Origin: Raillietiella orientalis
Lineage: Eukaryota
Direction: 5' to 3'
Assembly: GCA_036172245.1 (NCBI GenBank)
Contig: JAYWIR010000001.1
Location: forward strand, 9,238,001-9,302,000
Length of the DNA stretch: 64,000 bases
A program made the position numbers and the translations under genes. The notes under the pieces are model-generated. The model was not told where the DNA came from. It saw nothing but the letters and a program-made list of their open reading frames with translations, and did no database searches. Positions 11,801 to 23,470 of the stretch are shown here, one piece after another. The stretch's first letter is position 1; the number at the start of each line of letters is the position of its first letter.

Positions 11801-14800
11801 GGGGTGGCACCCTGCACTCCTCCTCTCTCGGGGAGGGGACGGTCGCACAGGGCCGGAAGCGCCCGAATGCGTCCTCACCCTCCTCTCCGCGGTTTCCCCC
11901 TCGCGCACCGGTCTTCCCGTAGGTCCGCGTGATTCCACTGTCGGTAGAGGTCCAGGACGCCAACGACAACGCTCCCCGGTTCTTCGGAGCGCCGTACACC
12001 ACCCGCGTCTCCGAGGTAACGCCTGCGCGCGCCGCGGTGTCAGCAGCTCCCGCTGAGCGCGCCGCCTGCCAGCTGGCGGCCGTAGGGACGCCCATCTTCC
12101 AGAGCATCCGGGCCGTGGACGCGGACCAGGACGGGCCGTTCAGCACCGTGGAGTACCACGTGCTGCCCGGGATGTTCAGCGTGAGTGCACCTTTCTCTCC
12201 ACCCCCCTGCCCCTACCGCACCCCTTACGCTCCGCAGGACACGGCCGGGTTCCGGTCCCCCCTGGACGGGGTCCTCTACCTGCGGCGGCCCCTGGACTAC
12301 GAGACCCTGAGGAACTTCTCCCTGGCCATCCGAGCTCAGGTACGAGTGAGCCTCCTCCTCGGGAGGCACAGGGATAGCGACTCTGAAGGGGATCAGGGTC
12401 GCCTCCTCTCTCCAGGACCGGGGATTGCCACCTCGGTTCGCCGACACGGAGCTGACAGTGCTCGTCCAGGACGCCGACGACCAGAACCCCCGTTTCTATG
12501 ACGACGCCTACTCGGCCGTGCTGCCGCCATCCCTGCCGCCGGGAGAGGGTTCAGCAGCGTCCCGGGGGAGGGACGTCTCCCCAGGAAAGACGAAGATCCC
12601 CATCCGTCCGCGGGGCATCCGCGCGTTCGACCAGGACCTTAGTCTCGGCGAGCCCCTGAGTTACTTCATCCAGCAGGGTGAGAGAAGGATCCGCCCTTCG
12701 CTCTCACCCTTCCCCTCTCTCCAGCCGACTCGGTCTCTCCGTACTTCGCGATGGACCCGGAGGATGGGACTCTGTACCTGACCGGGACCCCCCCAGAAGA
12801 CCTGCTCAAGCGCCCGGTCACCCTCATCGTCAAGGTGAGCCTAGGGCCCCCCCTCCGTCGCCCTCAGGTAGCCTTCCCGTCTTCCTGCCTGCCCTTTCCC
12901 TCTCCGGGCCTTTCGTGGAAGCAGCCCCCCGAGGAGCGCGCAGCTCCGCGCCTCCCGCAAGAAGGGCTGCGCCCACTTTACCCTGACCTTCCCGCGCGCA
13001 GCAGAAGGGCACCTTCGCCTGCTGAGGGGGGACAGGAGTGCCTCCTCGCGAGGCCCTACGGAATGGACCCGCCGCTGCGGCTCGGAATGGTAGATGGGAG
13101 GACCAAGCGGGGGAGGGGGACGCGGGGAGCGCTCCCGCCGTCGGTTTGGAAAAAAGATAGCGAGGGTTCCTACGCTTTCCGCGGCCGTCCACGCCGTCCG
13201 ATCACGCGCACGGAGGAAGGAGATTGGTGGTGGGGGGGGTTCACGGAGGGCGCCTCGAAGATCCCAGGAACCAAGGGTTGCGTCCCGCCCGCCCGCCCAC
13301 CATGCCTCCTCCGAGGTGACCCTTCTTTGAGACGGAGGTGGTGGAAAGGTGGTCGTCCACCTGCCACGCTGGTGGCAAACGGAAGCAGCCACGGCATGGG
13401 GCCACTCTTCCCAGGGTGAGGGGAGGAAGGAGGCATTTACCTTGGCCACCTGAGGCAGGGTCGCGAGGAGGGGCTGGCAACGCCCAGGGTTCCCAAAGAC
13501 TTGGCCCTCGAAGGGAGAACCAGCGAAAGCGCTCCTGACGAACGCTCGAGGGCCGCGCCGACCACGACTCGTGAGCGCGAGTGGATGCCCCTCCAACCCA
13601 CGGGCAGAAGAAATTGGACTCGCATTTGAGAGTGGTCGACGGGCTTCGCCCACGCGCCTCTGAAGACCGCAAGGATGCGCGTTAGGACCGCGCCGCCCGA
13701 TGGAGCGAAATGAGCCGACTCATCAGAAGATCCTCGTCGAAGGACGCATGAGTTTTCTTCCCTGTTACGGCAGCAGGGAAGAAGAAGGGAGGAAGAGGGG
13801 GCTCCTCTGCTCGCCGAGGGGGGGCTGCGGCGGCAGTCCCTCCTGAAGTCCCCTTCTGTTCAAGTGCTCGGCACGCGATGGCCGAACCAGGAACGACCGA
13901 GTCCAGCTTCGCATGCGCGGGAGCCATACCGGAGGACGAGGACACAGCTGAACCCTCGTGTTCCCGTGCGTTCTCCCGGGAGCAGCGAGAGAAGCAGGCT
14001 TGGAAAATCGCGAGCGAAAGGTCTAGTTGGGAGAAAGCTCTCGCCTCTGTTGCTCCAGGCAAACGCTCCGATCGATCCTTGCTGGATGAAGCACCTTGAA
14101 GAACTGAAAAAGGAAACTGCCGGAGGGGAGAGTGAAGGAAGGGTCTGGAGGACAGGTACGAGGGAAGGACAGCTGGTGAGACACACTCCGAATCGAGGGC
14201 AGTGCCTGCGGACCACGGAGGTTTCCCTCAGCACGTTCTGAAGGACCGTTCGCCACCTTACGGGGGCTCACGAAGCTCTTCAACACTGCTCCGCGTCAAC
14301 AAAGGACACAAAACAACTCTTCAAGTTTGGCGATATCCTGGGAGGAGACCAATCTATGCATTCAGGAAGGCTTTTGGAGGAAGCAGTCCGTTCCTCTTAC
14401 TCTTGGGAGGAAGCCTCGAGGTTCTGTTTGTCTCCGAAGGGAATCCGCAAAAGATCCGCTTCTGGAATTTCTTCTCCGGAAAGAATCTGCTCTCTGCTTC
14501 CTATTCTGAAGAAAAACCAGAAGGGACGCTTCCCAATTTCTGTGAAGGCCGCTTTCCGAAGAGAGCAGTGCAGTTCTTGCACTCTGGAGAGGCAACCAGC
14601 TCCATGGAATGGCTCCGTTTGCACAACCGGAGTGAGGACCCTGAATTGAACCGTTCCCTTCATCCCAGAAAGGACCCCGGACGGTCCAATCCCGGTTTCC
14701 GGCTCCTACCAGTGCCACCGCACCCGAAGTCTATCGGCCAAGCCAGCGTCACCTGCGGGAGGTGGGGGAAGGAGGCGCTCGAAACCCAGGACTCACCCTC

Positions 14801-17800
14801 CGTTCTCGGCGTCGATCCTTCCTCGAATGAAATTCGAACCCACAACGCTTGGTACCACACGCGGAGACCATGGCCTCACGGCCGCCCCAACGAGGAGGTT
14901 CCCCTCCGAATTCCCAGAAGCTCGGACCTTCTTTTGTCTCCCGAGAGTCTCTCCTGACCGTTCAAAAAGCAAAGCGTTTTGAGCCAACGATATCGCCGTG
15001 AATCCGTCTTGAGCAGAACGCAAATGATGGAACGTGCATCCTTGGAACCAGGACCCTGCCTGATTGCTAGGTGTGCATTGCTGAAGAGAGCAGGCAAGTG
15101 CAGCCGCAGGATTTCTCGAGAGCAATTGGAGGAAGGAAGGGGAGCAGAGAGAATGGACTCTGCTTGGATTAATGGTGCATCCGAGTGCCGAGAAAAACTT
15201 CCCAGCTTCCGTAACCTCGAAGTACCTGGTCCGTTTCCCTTTTTATGAAGTGACGCTTTCATGTCTTCCTGGAAGGATGGAGGTAGAAGGGGAACTTGAG
15301 CAATCAATCCATTGAGGAGCAGTCTCAGCCACTGGTGCGCCGGGAACGCAATCCAAGTCGGGAAGCTGCCAAAGAGATCGGGTTTGCAAGATCCCCGTGA
15401 AGTTTCAGAACGGAGGGACGTGCCCCTTTTCGATAGCATTTGCGAATAGGGAGTGAAGTGAGACCAGCGAATGTTTCCATTTTTTTTTTGATCCGAGTAG
15501 AAGCCGCGGGGAGCCCTGAACTAACGTAAGAAAGACGGTCGTGCTACTACGATGTTGGGAAGTTTTCGGCAGGAGCGAATTGGGAACGAACGCTGTAAGC
15601 CGCTCTCTCTTTTCTTGGCTACAGAGGCTCACTCGGCGAGAGGCATCTCACCATCGTTGCTATGGAGCCGAGCGCAGGTTTCGCTCTTTCGAAGCGAAGC
15701 TCGCGAACGAGCAAGAGTTCCGGTGGGTATGCGGCAAGTGGAGTCCAGCTGACATGGCGCTCAGACGGGTCATTTATGCGAGCGACTTCGATCCTCGTGC
15801 AGCAGCCCTCTCCAAAGAGGATGCTTTTATTGCATTGCAGCGATTCAGTTTTCTGATAATCATACTCTTTCCAAGATCCCCATGAAATGATGCTTCATCA
15901 GGATCTTTGGAAGATTTTTACTGGTGCCCCAACAAATTTTCTGAACTTGGAACATGAAGTCGATACGTCATCGATCCATTATCATGCCCAGAAGCTGCCT
16001 ATGCGTTCTCGGATCGGTGGTATCCATAAACGTGCCCTCGCATGGCAGTGTGTGTGTACACATATACAATTGATTTGATACGTATATATGCCTGTAAGCA
16101 AGGATAATCGGGGAGTTTGGCTAAGGCTCGATGTGCATCGCCGAGTTCCTTTATTTGAGGTCACAGATGACGTCGTAATTGCTATACGCGAAAATTCGCC
16201 TAATTGCTCTCCCCATTCATCAACTGCGCTTTCACCAGACTTCCTCAAGGATTCTCAGGGAAACAGAATTTCGGCACGCTGTTTGCTTTTGTTCCTCTCT
16301 TCCCGCTCCTATCGTGGCAAGCCGCATAGCTGACTTTTCAAGCATTCCTAACCACAAAAAAACATCTCTTGCGACAAACAGCTACACGGTTTCTGAGGCT
16401 CTGTGCTGATAGGACTGCAGGTTTCTACGCTTCCCGCTTTCAACCCTCAATTTCTCTCTGATTCTGCGAACAAAACAATTTTGGGGCGATTCAAAACGTG
16501 CTGAAAAAAACAAAAAGTTCAATTCATGTAAATAATTGGCCAGTATGTAATTGGAAGGTGCGGACGCGCCGCACGCATGCAAACGATAGGAGCAATTGGC
16601 CAGAGGATCTCCCTCTTGTCTCCTTCGCATGGTAGTGCTTCATGGTCAGTATTTCTGCGAAGGTGGTGGCTCACTATACACCACGCCTTTACTAGCGACC
16701 TGCTGTGCACCAAAATCACTGAGTGGCTAAAAGCGTTGGCAGCAAACGCATGACCGAGTTATTTCCCAAGTCGCGATTCGGTTGGAGCGCCGCACTTCCG
16801 GTCCTCAATGCGAGACTGAAGTTCGCGATGTCAGGGGGTTCCCTCTTCGAAATGGTGTTTGGTTTCGTAATTGCTGTGTTCCTGGGGGCAGGTTCAGGAA
16901 ACACTCCCCAGCTTTCCCACTTCTCGACAGAGCAGCAAACGTGCTCGGTGCTTTCTCCGGTGTGATCTTTCTATTTTTTTTCCTGGAGTTGATGAGAGAG
17001 CTCAGTCGGTCCGAGATGACCAGGAAACTTGGCGTCAGCTTCCTTTCGAACAGGCTTTGGCAAACTTCCTACTTGCAAACCGAAGGAGCTCTCGTGGCAA
17101 ACGCGCCGTCAACAGACAAACGAATTCAGGTCCATGGCAATCACCAGCACGGAGGAATACTTTAACAGTTCTGTTGTTCGATCCGGTTCCCGAATTGTGT
17201 CTGCCGCATACCAACATCTTTCGTGTACGCGAGTTTCGGTCCTCGCCGTTTCTCAGAGTGTCACTTTTGCAAACATAGAGATAACGAAAGTTAACGAGGA
17301 ATCTCGAAAAATGCTGTTTTCCATTTCGCGCTCAAGAAACATTTGAATGATGCCGTTGGGGAACGAAAGCCATCATCACCTCATCTTGAAACGCATGCTT
17401 AAAGGCGACTCTAAAGAAAAATCTGATGATTCGTGTGCAGAAGCGTAGAAACCGTGATGTTCAGCAGAAGAAATGAGTGCTGATTTCGTCCTTCAACGGC
17501 AGAAATTTTGTAAAGACCTAATTTCTGTCACGTCTAATCTGAAGAGCGTAAAAATAGATCAAGTTTATTCATAAGAACTGTTTGGGATCCAGGTATTAGT
17601 TTGGGATTCAACACACTGAACCCACGTAAATCAAAGACACGGGATATTCACTGAACGTGGAAGCTCACGTAAAACAGCTAATAGAGATGAACATGGCCTT
17701 CCACATAGAGGATCAAGTATTCGTTATGGGAAACCAAATTTACCAATTAGATGAACATTTCAGGCTTGGTGCAGCGATGGTTGACCTGATTACAGGCTCA

Positions 17801-20800
17801 TGTGCTAGGAATGTTGCAGGTAGGACTCTGCATCAAAGACTCTTCCATCAAAGAGTGCTTTGTTTTTCTTTCTAACACTTAACGATATTCCTTCGAAAGA
17901 GACATCAGTTGCTATTCTTGCCATATGCTTGTCCCTGAGCACGAGATAGTCTTTTTGGAAAGCTGGTTAGGCAGTACCAAAGTAACTCCTGTTCAAATGA
18001 AGTTCACAGTGATTCTTTCATTCTTCTACTATGAAGTCGATCACGGATAAATAAAAGACACAACACAACGTAGAAAAGCGCTATCCTTTAGCAAAATGAA
18101 ATCCTAAATTTAAGGCGTTCATCTCCGTCCTCAATTCATTCTCCGTCCGTGAAAGAGTCCCAGTCACTGTCACGGACAGCGTGTTCCTGCCGAACTACTT
18201 GCTTATTCCTGTTTTTATGGAGCAGACTCCCGAGTGAAAACCGAATCGTCCAAAGGATATTCAAAGTACAGCGATCTTCAACTGTTTTCCCCCTGCAATA
18301 AGTTTTTGCAACAACCCTTTTGTCCTTGCAGCACTTTTTCCCAATTACATTTACCAAATGGAACCTGTATCAGTCCCAGCTTCCTTCATTTTCCCTTTCG
18401 TGATGCTTGTAAAACCAATCCTTGCTGAGAAAATTTTCGCTCACTGCTGTGTCGAAAATTTTACATTTATTGATATTTTAGAGAATTTTACAGTATTCGA
18501 AAACAAAGGTATATCTGAATCCATCTCCCTAAAACACCATAAATACTGTGTAAAGCGGAGAGAGTAACAAATTTTTATTCGATTAAAATGATGACAGGTC
18601 GATATTTATGTAATTCGCCATGTATCCCACGTTTTGATTCCGTTGCAGGAAGTGTTTATCATTTTGTGTATTCAAACGGAACACGACAAAATAGCATCCA
18701 GAATCATTTTCGTTGCTTGGTAGGAATGCTTGATCAATCCTTAATTTCTCGACGCTTTTAAGCCGGGGGGGGAGGAGGAGGAGGTACCAAGTCTCATGAA
18801 GAATTCCTTTCTAATGCGGAACGGATTAGTGATTCTCGAAACTTGAAAAATACGTAAAACTACATCGAGGCTTTCGGGAAAAACAGCATAACATTTAAGA
18901 CAAACATGTGATCTGAAAATGCACATCTTTTTTTTTTTTGTTTCGAGATTCGGAAAACTCTGAAGCGTGAAAGTATTCCATAATCACACACACGTCTACA
19001 ATTTCCGATTGTAAAGAACTAGTAAAAAAAAAAAAAATTCAGCTCGTGTTCTGTAGGAGGACGTAGTTTGGGATGGTTTCTTCACAACGTAAAAGCTGGT
19101 TTCCATTCAGATCAGATTCGGTTCGTCCTCTGCAGGAAGACGGACCGAATCTTTCTGCAGGAGAGATGACATTCGGTGAGATGCGTCCTCGCAGTATCAT
19201 TTCCTTCTCGTTGGATTCATTCAATCTGGAATTGTCCGTAATCTGTGAAAGTTAATGAGTAGTTCTGATCGTTGAGTGGCACACAAAGAAATCTGGAAGT
19301 ATTATGAATCTGAAGAATTCTTCCCATCATGTTCTGTAATGCTGTTGCTTCCACCCATTATGGAAGCAACACCTCCATGAATTGCACAGGTTTTGCTATC
19401 TGCTATACCTTTTGAGAATTCACACCGAAGAGTACTGGAGGGACAAAATTCGTGAGAGCCAAGGTACAAACTGATTGCCTTTTTGTTTTTTTCCCGCTTG
19501 AACAAAAGATCCGCAGTAGTCGAAAAGATTTCGAGGTTTTCAAACACGGACCTATGCATTTTGGGGAAAGCAGCTGCTTTCCACTTCGTGTGTCCTATAA
19601 TCAATGACGAGGGCAAAGGTATTCCATTTTTTCATTCTTTTCTTCCCTTTTCTTTTCTTTTCTTTTGTTTTTTCTTTTAGGAAGGAGCACGTTTGTATAG
19701 ATTTCGATCTAGGAAAGGGGTATTTTCTATGACACACACACACACACACAAATAAGATCGTAACATTCCAAATTCGAATTCTGAGAACCATATTTAGGAT
19801 TAAAAAAGACCAAAAGTATGCATATGACTTTAATTCGAGGACGAATTCATCGTTTGCAGTAGTTGAGATGAGATTCATGAAGTGTGCTCCACGTTCTAAG
19901 AGAAATAATGGTAGCCTTCTCCAGATCGTTTTACGATTCACCATCGGGATAAAAGGATGTGTGTGCAGGCATGTAAATGTTTTAGAAAAACATCCATGCC
20001 AAATGCGAGTTTCCAAGTCGTACTGTCTGTGCTTACATTTGTTGTAGCATTAACTTTGTACAGCTACCAGTTAAGGAAAGCCGCCGATTTGTAAAAGCGA
20101 AATTTTGCAGGCTGTACAGAAAAACAACCCAGACCGGTACGCTTTGACTGCTTTGCATATAAGCAAGGCCGAATCCTCTTTGGATGCACTTCGGTTTATG
20201 CAGGAAGAGTACATCGCATTCATCCTGGAAAACATGCCACTGAATTCCGTATTGCTTACAGCAGCTATCAAACACGCATCCAAAAAGGTACACAAAAATT
20301 GGGAACGAGTGTTTGGACTACCTTGATTGCTTTTAAAGAGAGTACAGATTTGGCTCAACGAATCGGATGTCTTCGGGGTGAATGCCGAAGGAGAAGTATT
20401 CTTGAAAAAGTGTCTCGATTATGAAACTAAGAAAGAACACACGCTCTTGTTACAAGCTACCAATGGCGCTCAAGTAAAGCAAAAATTGCACTTGTATACA
20501 TATAACAAAATTCATTGTATTTAGAATACCACGGCCATCCTCCGGATCAATGTACTGAACGTCAATGATCACAACCCCATATTCGAGAAGAGTGAATACA
20601 AGTTTACATTGAAGACCAGTAAGCCGAACAAAGGAGACTTGGTCGGAACCGTAAGAGTGCACGATGATGATCAAGATCACGTGTCCTTGAGTCTCAGTGG
20701 CTCCTTATCCAAGTGAGAGAACAGGAAAAAAAAGAATGATAGAAAGCTTTTTAAAAAAGTGCTTTTAGAATCCGTGACGATGGGGAAATCCGAATAAACG

Positions 20801-21451
20801 ACGTTAGCTATTTGAATGCCAATATCTTTAGTTTTACTATACTGGCACAAGACGACGGGGATCCTCCTCGACAGGTAGCTTGAAATGTGAAGCCATAATG
20901 CCTTTTTTCTCCATTTATTTAGAGTTCTGCGTCTGTAATCGTTGTGATATCCGAAGAAATCAAACATTCGAGGATGAGCTCATGGATGCTGTTCTTGACA
21001 TTTGGATTGATACTCGGATCCCTCATATTAACGATCTTGTGTCTCACCGTATACATAATAAAGCAGTAAGTTATTACTCCCTCTAGACAAGAAAGACATG
21101 GTGACTGAAGTGTAAATCATGGGTGATTCCGTTCTATTTAACTGGAAATCTGCATCACCTTGCTCATCCAGAAAGTGTAATTAGATAGCCCCAATTATTT
21201 TGTTTCTTCGATTAATTCTGTTCTGCCCTAAAAGCGTTACATGCAACTATACCTGACAAACACGTAACAATGACATAATTACAGTCACAACTTTTCACAT
21301 GAATTATAAACGTTGTTTCCTTTTGAGCAGCAGCATCTTTGCGAATCATGAGTTTGGTTACGGAGAACTTGGGACCCCTGTAAAATTTAACAGTGGCTCG
21401 AAGGACCTGCGCAAGCAGACGATCAAGCACGAAGCGGACGGTGAACGTTGA
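5842..21451 (+). CDS. Single-pass cadherin-repeat protein, Cad96Cb-like (arthropod non-classical cadherin)
   Basis: Phase-consistent GT-AG exons: 5842-5899 (signal-like MMIAILFLLHIIFKRIHSQ), 10709-10938, 11503-11568, 11923-12015, 12073-12180, 12238-12339, 12416-12677, 12725-12834, 20111-20287, 20339-20473, 20525-20712, 20760-20874, 20923-21065 (TM: WMLFLTFGLILGSLILTILCLTVYII). Cadherin motifs DANDNAPRF, AVDADQDGPFSTVEY, LDYE (twice), DADDQNPRF, NVNDHNPIF, AQDDGDPP. The run GPFSTVEY...NPDRYALT matches my recollection of Drosophila Cad96Cb. The first exon and the last exon (21331-21451) are less certain than the internal ones. Confidence 0.9.
7837..8535 (+). mobile_element. tRNA-derived SINE-like element, copy A
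   Basis: Head CGTTGGCGGC...GGTTCGAATCC (B-box, 7888) and a second B-box AGTTCGAGTCC (7950). Shares blocks GGGATTGGAAG, TGGTTGATACCCCC and CAGAGAAATTGGGAA with the other copies. Confidence 0.75.
9714..10432 (-). mobile_element. tRNA-derived SINE-like element, copy B
   Basis: The reverse complement carries GGTTCGAATCC (10383-10373), a second GTTTCGAGTC box and the same body blocks. It is clearly alignable to copy C (shared ACAAAACAACTCTTCAAGTTTGG and GGAGGAAGCAGTCCGTTCCTCTTAC). Confidence 0.8.
14230..14892 (-). mobile_element. tRNA-derived SINE-like element, copy C
   Basis: Reverse-complement head GGCGGCCGTGAGGCCATGGTCTCCGCGTGTGGTACCAAGCGTTGTGGGTTCGAAT; body and 3' end alignable to copy B. 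Confidence 0.8.
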
Positions 21452-23470
21452 GTGCTGTGGCACGTTGCCGTCAACTCTTCGGTTGTCCGGGAATTGGGTC
21501 GAATATGGCATTGGTTGATTATTAGTCTTGATTTCTTTCAAACGCGAGGAATTTTGCAGCTTTTGCCGCTGAATTGCTTGCCAAAATTCAATCTTCGCTT
21601 CCGTTCGTTCACACCACACAGTGGTTCAATGCTCCAAGGGTAATATTCTGGTGTGTCTTCACACTTTTAAACATTTTTGTTTGTAATCCCGGATTTTTCA
21701 TTGAAGTGTTTTCTGAAAACGAACAGTTAACAGCTTTTTCTGAATAGATGAAAAAAATTTGACCGCGCAAATTTTCACTCCCTCCAGGCTGCTGAACATT
21801 TGAAGAACCTTGCGACCCATTATCTAAACTACTGGTAAACCAATGTTTTAAAATCTGCCAGTGGCGTTTTTTCTCTTTTTATTAGAGAAAATAAGATAAA
21901 GTGTTGCACTTTAACTCTTCAGTCATGTTTGTCCTGTTTCATATTCTCTAGAAATGCTTGCATTGATGGTTAGGAACTATTTGATGTGTACGTGGCTTTT
22001 CCTGTCAAAAATTTTCGTTTTCTGTAGATTCTTTCCTCTCTATTGTGTATTTGCCATACTCTACGAAAACTTCGCAACATCTGTCAGCAAATCTCGCCAT
22101 ATCTCAAGAAATGCTTGCCAGTCACCTATGCCCTATCCCAGCAAATTACTCCAGTTTATCTGGACTTTATTTTGCTATTCTTTTGTCTTCTTGGCAACTC
22201 GTTCATTCGAGCTCAGAGTAATTTGTCCCCTTCCTTTTTCTGCATATTTATTAAAGAGCAAAGTCTGAAGTGCGTCGGAAATGAGGAGCAGTTGTCTCTT
22301 GCTCTGGCAGTCTGAGGGATGGTTTCCCTGTGAAACTTCTACATGCAGGCAGCCTTCTTCCAAAAGATCTACTCGCCTAGACCTGACTCCAGACTGTTAT
22401 CCATAACTTAGACTGGACACAAGAATGAATATCAATGAATAGGCCGTTTATTTCTGAGTGACTTTAGAATTCGGTAGAGATTTATGCATGTGTCGACCAT
22501 TTATGTTTCCCCACTTCATCAAAGAGTGAACACGTTTCATCTCAGATTTCCCAACCTCAGAGACAGAATGCATTCTCCGAACAATGGAAATTATTGAATA
22601 TTTTCATAATCAAAAAAAACATTCGTCTTTCGCCATGTCAGTAATTGAGATTGATTTTTCCAGTAGATTTTCATTTAATCCCCTATGTGGCATAAAAAGT
22701 TATGGGCAAAATTCAATTTGAAACATGAATTTTACACCATGTGTCCAATATTCTTTCGGCAGCATACAAACCTGAACGATATGGTTGTGGTGACTTTGAA
22801 GACATGGAGAGCAACATTCCGGTTCCGACCTTTGCAAATCATCGAACATTAAGGCATAATATGTCATGTATTATGGAATAATTGATTAAAAATTAGTAGC
22901 AAACAAATACGCAAAAATAACAAAACATTGCATTTTTATAGCAGACAAAGCAGCCCAAAAGAAATTTTCAATTCTGGTGTGCCTACTGCCAACATAAACA
23001 ATCTTGTGCAAAAACTTCCATCAGTAACTACTAAGCAAGATGTTCAAAATACAAGAATCCTAAAACTTTCACGAGATGCATTTCAAGACTGCAATATCCA
23101 TAACCGTATGTTCAAAAAAGGAAAAATCGATCACTGTATTTCTTAAGATAATATTTGGCCTGCAACTATTAGTCTTCAAGAAAATGTTGTATCTGCATTA
23201 GACACATTCAAGTCTAGGTCTTCAAGTGTAAACCAAACACTGGAAAAAGTGCAAACATTCAGTTGGGAAGAGGAAGATCCATCAAATCTAGTAAGTTGAG
23301 AACTTTTAACAAAAACATTGATGTTCTGATTACAGAGATAACATTATTATAAACAACTGAATAGTTTACAGCCATTTGAAACTTTATTTCTGAAAGGTAT
23401 CAAAATATTTGCTTTCAGGAAGTGACAACTTCAACTTCAGATCGTGACAGTTTGACGGTGTACTTTTGAG

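Noticed and set aside
8500..14960. Long overlapping ORFs (e.g. 10162..11205-, 10512..11441+, 9714..10388+, 14202..14957+)
   Set aside because: By-products of high GC, SINE sequence or antisense to cadherin exons; R/G/P/S-rich with no domains.
16700..17350. RT relic on the minus strand (YAADT resembling YADD)
   Set aside because: Motifs too degenerate and spacing inconsistent.
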